A DNA stretch of 64,000 nucleotides from Macrostomum hystrix (taxonomy: Eukaryota > Animalia > Platyhelminthes), in NCBI GenBank assembly GCA_950097015.1, contig CATNEN010000038.1, positions 18,786,001-18,850,000 of the forward strand. The letters are read 5' to 3'. The position numbers were made by a program, and so were the translations under genes. Positions 63,301-64,000 of this stretch are shown in pieces. The first letter of the stretch is position 1. Each line of letters begins with the position of its first letter. The notes below the pieces were generated by a model. The model was not told the DNA's origin and did not search any database. It saw only the letters and a program-made list of their open reading frames with translations.

Positions 63301-64000
63301 TTCTTAATCGGAGCGGTGGAAAGCAATTTGTTTAAAAAAGGATCTGAAGATGCTTCTTAGAGACTGTGTACATTTGTTCAGTCCATGGACTAGGAGGGCA
63401 GCGGCCAATTTTTTTACAGCTTTGTGAATGTAAATAATATGGAATTAACTGTTTCGTTTAAGGCACCTGGGATGAGATTCGAACTCATGACCTTCCGGAA
63501 AAAGTAATGTTTGCATAAATATTTGAGCATTGTCCCAGATTTATTACTTCGATTTGTACAGCTCCTACAGAAAAAATTTACTCTGAAACAAATGAGAGAA
63601 TTGTAAACTATTTTACATAATTCTACTACATTAGCAGTCTCAACTAAAACTCTTCAGAACTTGAAATATTAAAAATGAAAAAGAGCATTCAAACATCATT
63701 TTTATTGCGTCTTTGAAAAAAAGTAACAAATTAGCAAGTTAAAACCGGAGCAACGTGTATTTTTTTGATTTTTGTTTTAATTTGAAACAGACATGAACAG
63801 ATCGGCGCATTGGTAGTCAGGTCAATAGCAAGATTAATTCGCGAGTAGATAACTACACGAGAAATTGCCGGGATAGTGAATTACGAGTGGGAACTGAATC
63901 AAGAAGGTCAACTTTAAGTGATTGATTTGACATCAAATTATTTACTTCTTAAACCATTTTGGCACCATATTTGCAGCTCGTTTAGCATCTGGTCCTGAAG

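Overview
This window is eukaryotic (metazoan) genomic DNA with GT-AG introns. The pattern of introns filled by kb-long minisatellites resembles the flatworm Macrostomum, but the species is an inference. I assembled nine spliced protein-coding genes by hand with phase-consistent junctions: (1) a low-complexity protein with a pure Q192 tract that runs off the left edge, (2) a Delta-like C2-DSL-EGF ligand, (3) monofunctional PHM, (4) an FN3 type-I membrane protein with no catalytic tail, (5-6) two class-A GPCRs, (7) a PLAC8/cornifelin gene, which also has a frameshifted pseudogene copy nearby, (8) an MZB1-like ER protein, and (9) a claudin/PMP22-like tetraspan. About 25 tandem-repeat arrays explain most long ORFs in the track. 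There are also two tRNA-derived SINE families. The most notable feature is a ~270-bp non-coding element present twice (39968-40269, 47251-47553). In it, an intact minimal type-I hammerhead ribozyme with a palindromic, dimer-type stem III sits between the A-box and B-box of a tRNA-Ser-like Pol III cassette. Long inverted arms enclose this cassette, and both copies are inserted in CT-rich repeats. A second candidate structured ncRNA lies at about 26135-26830.
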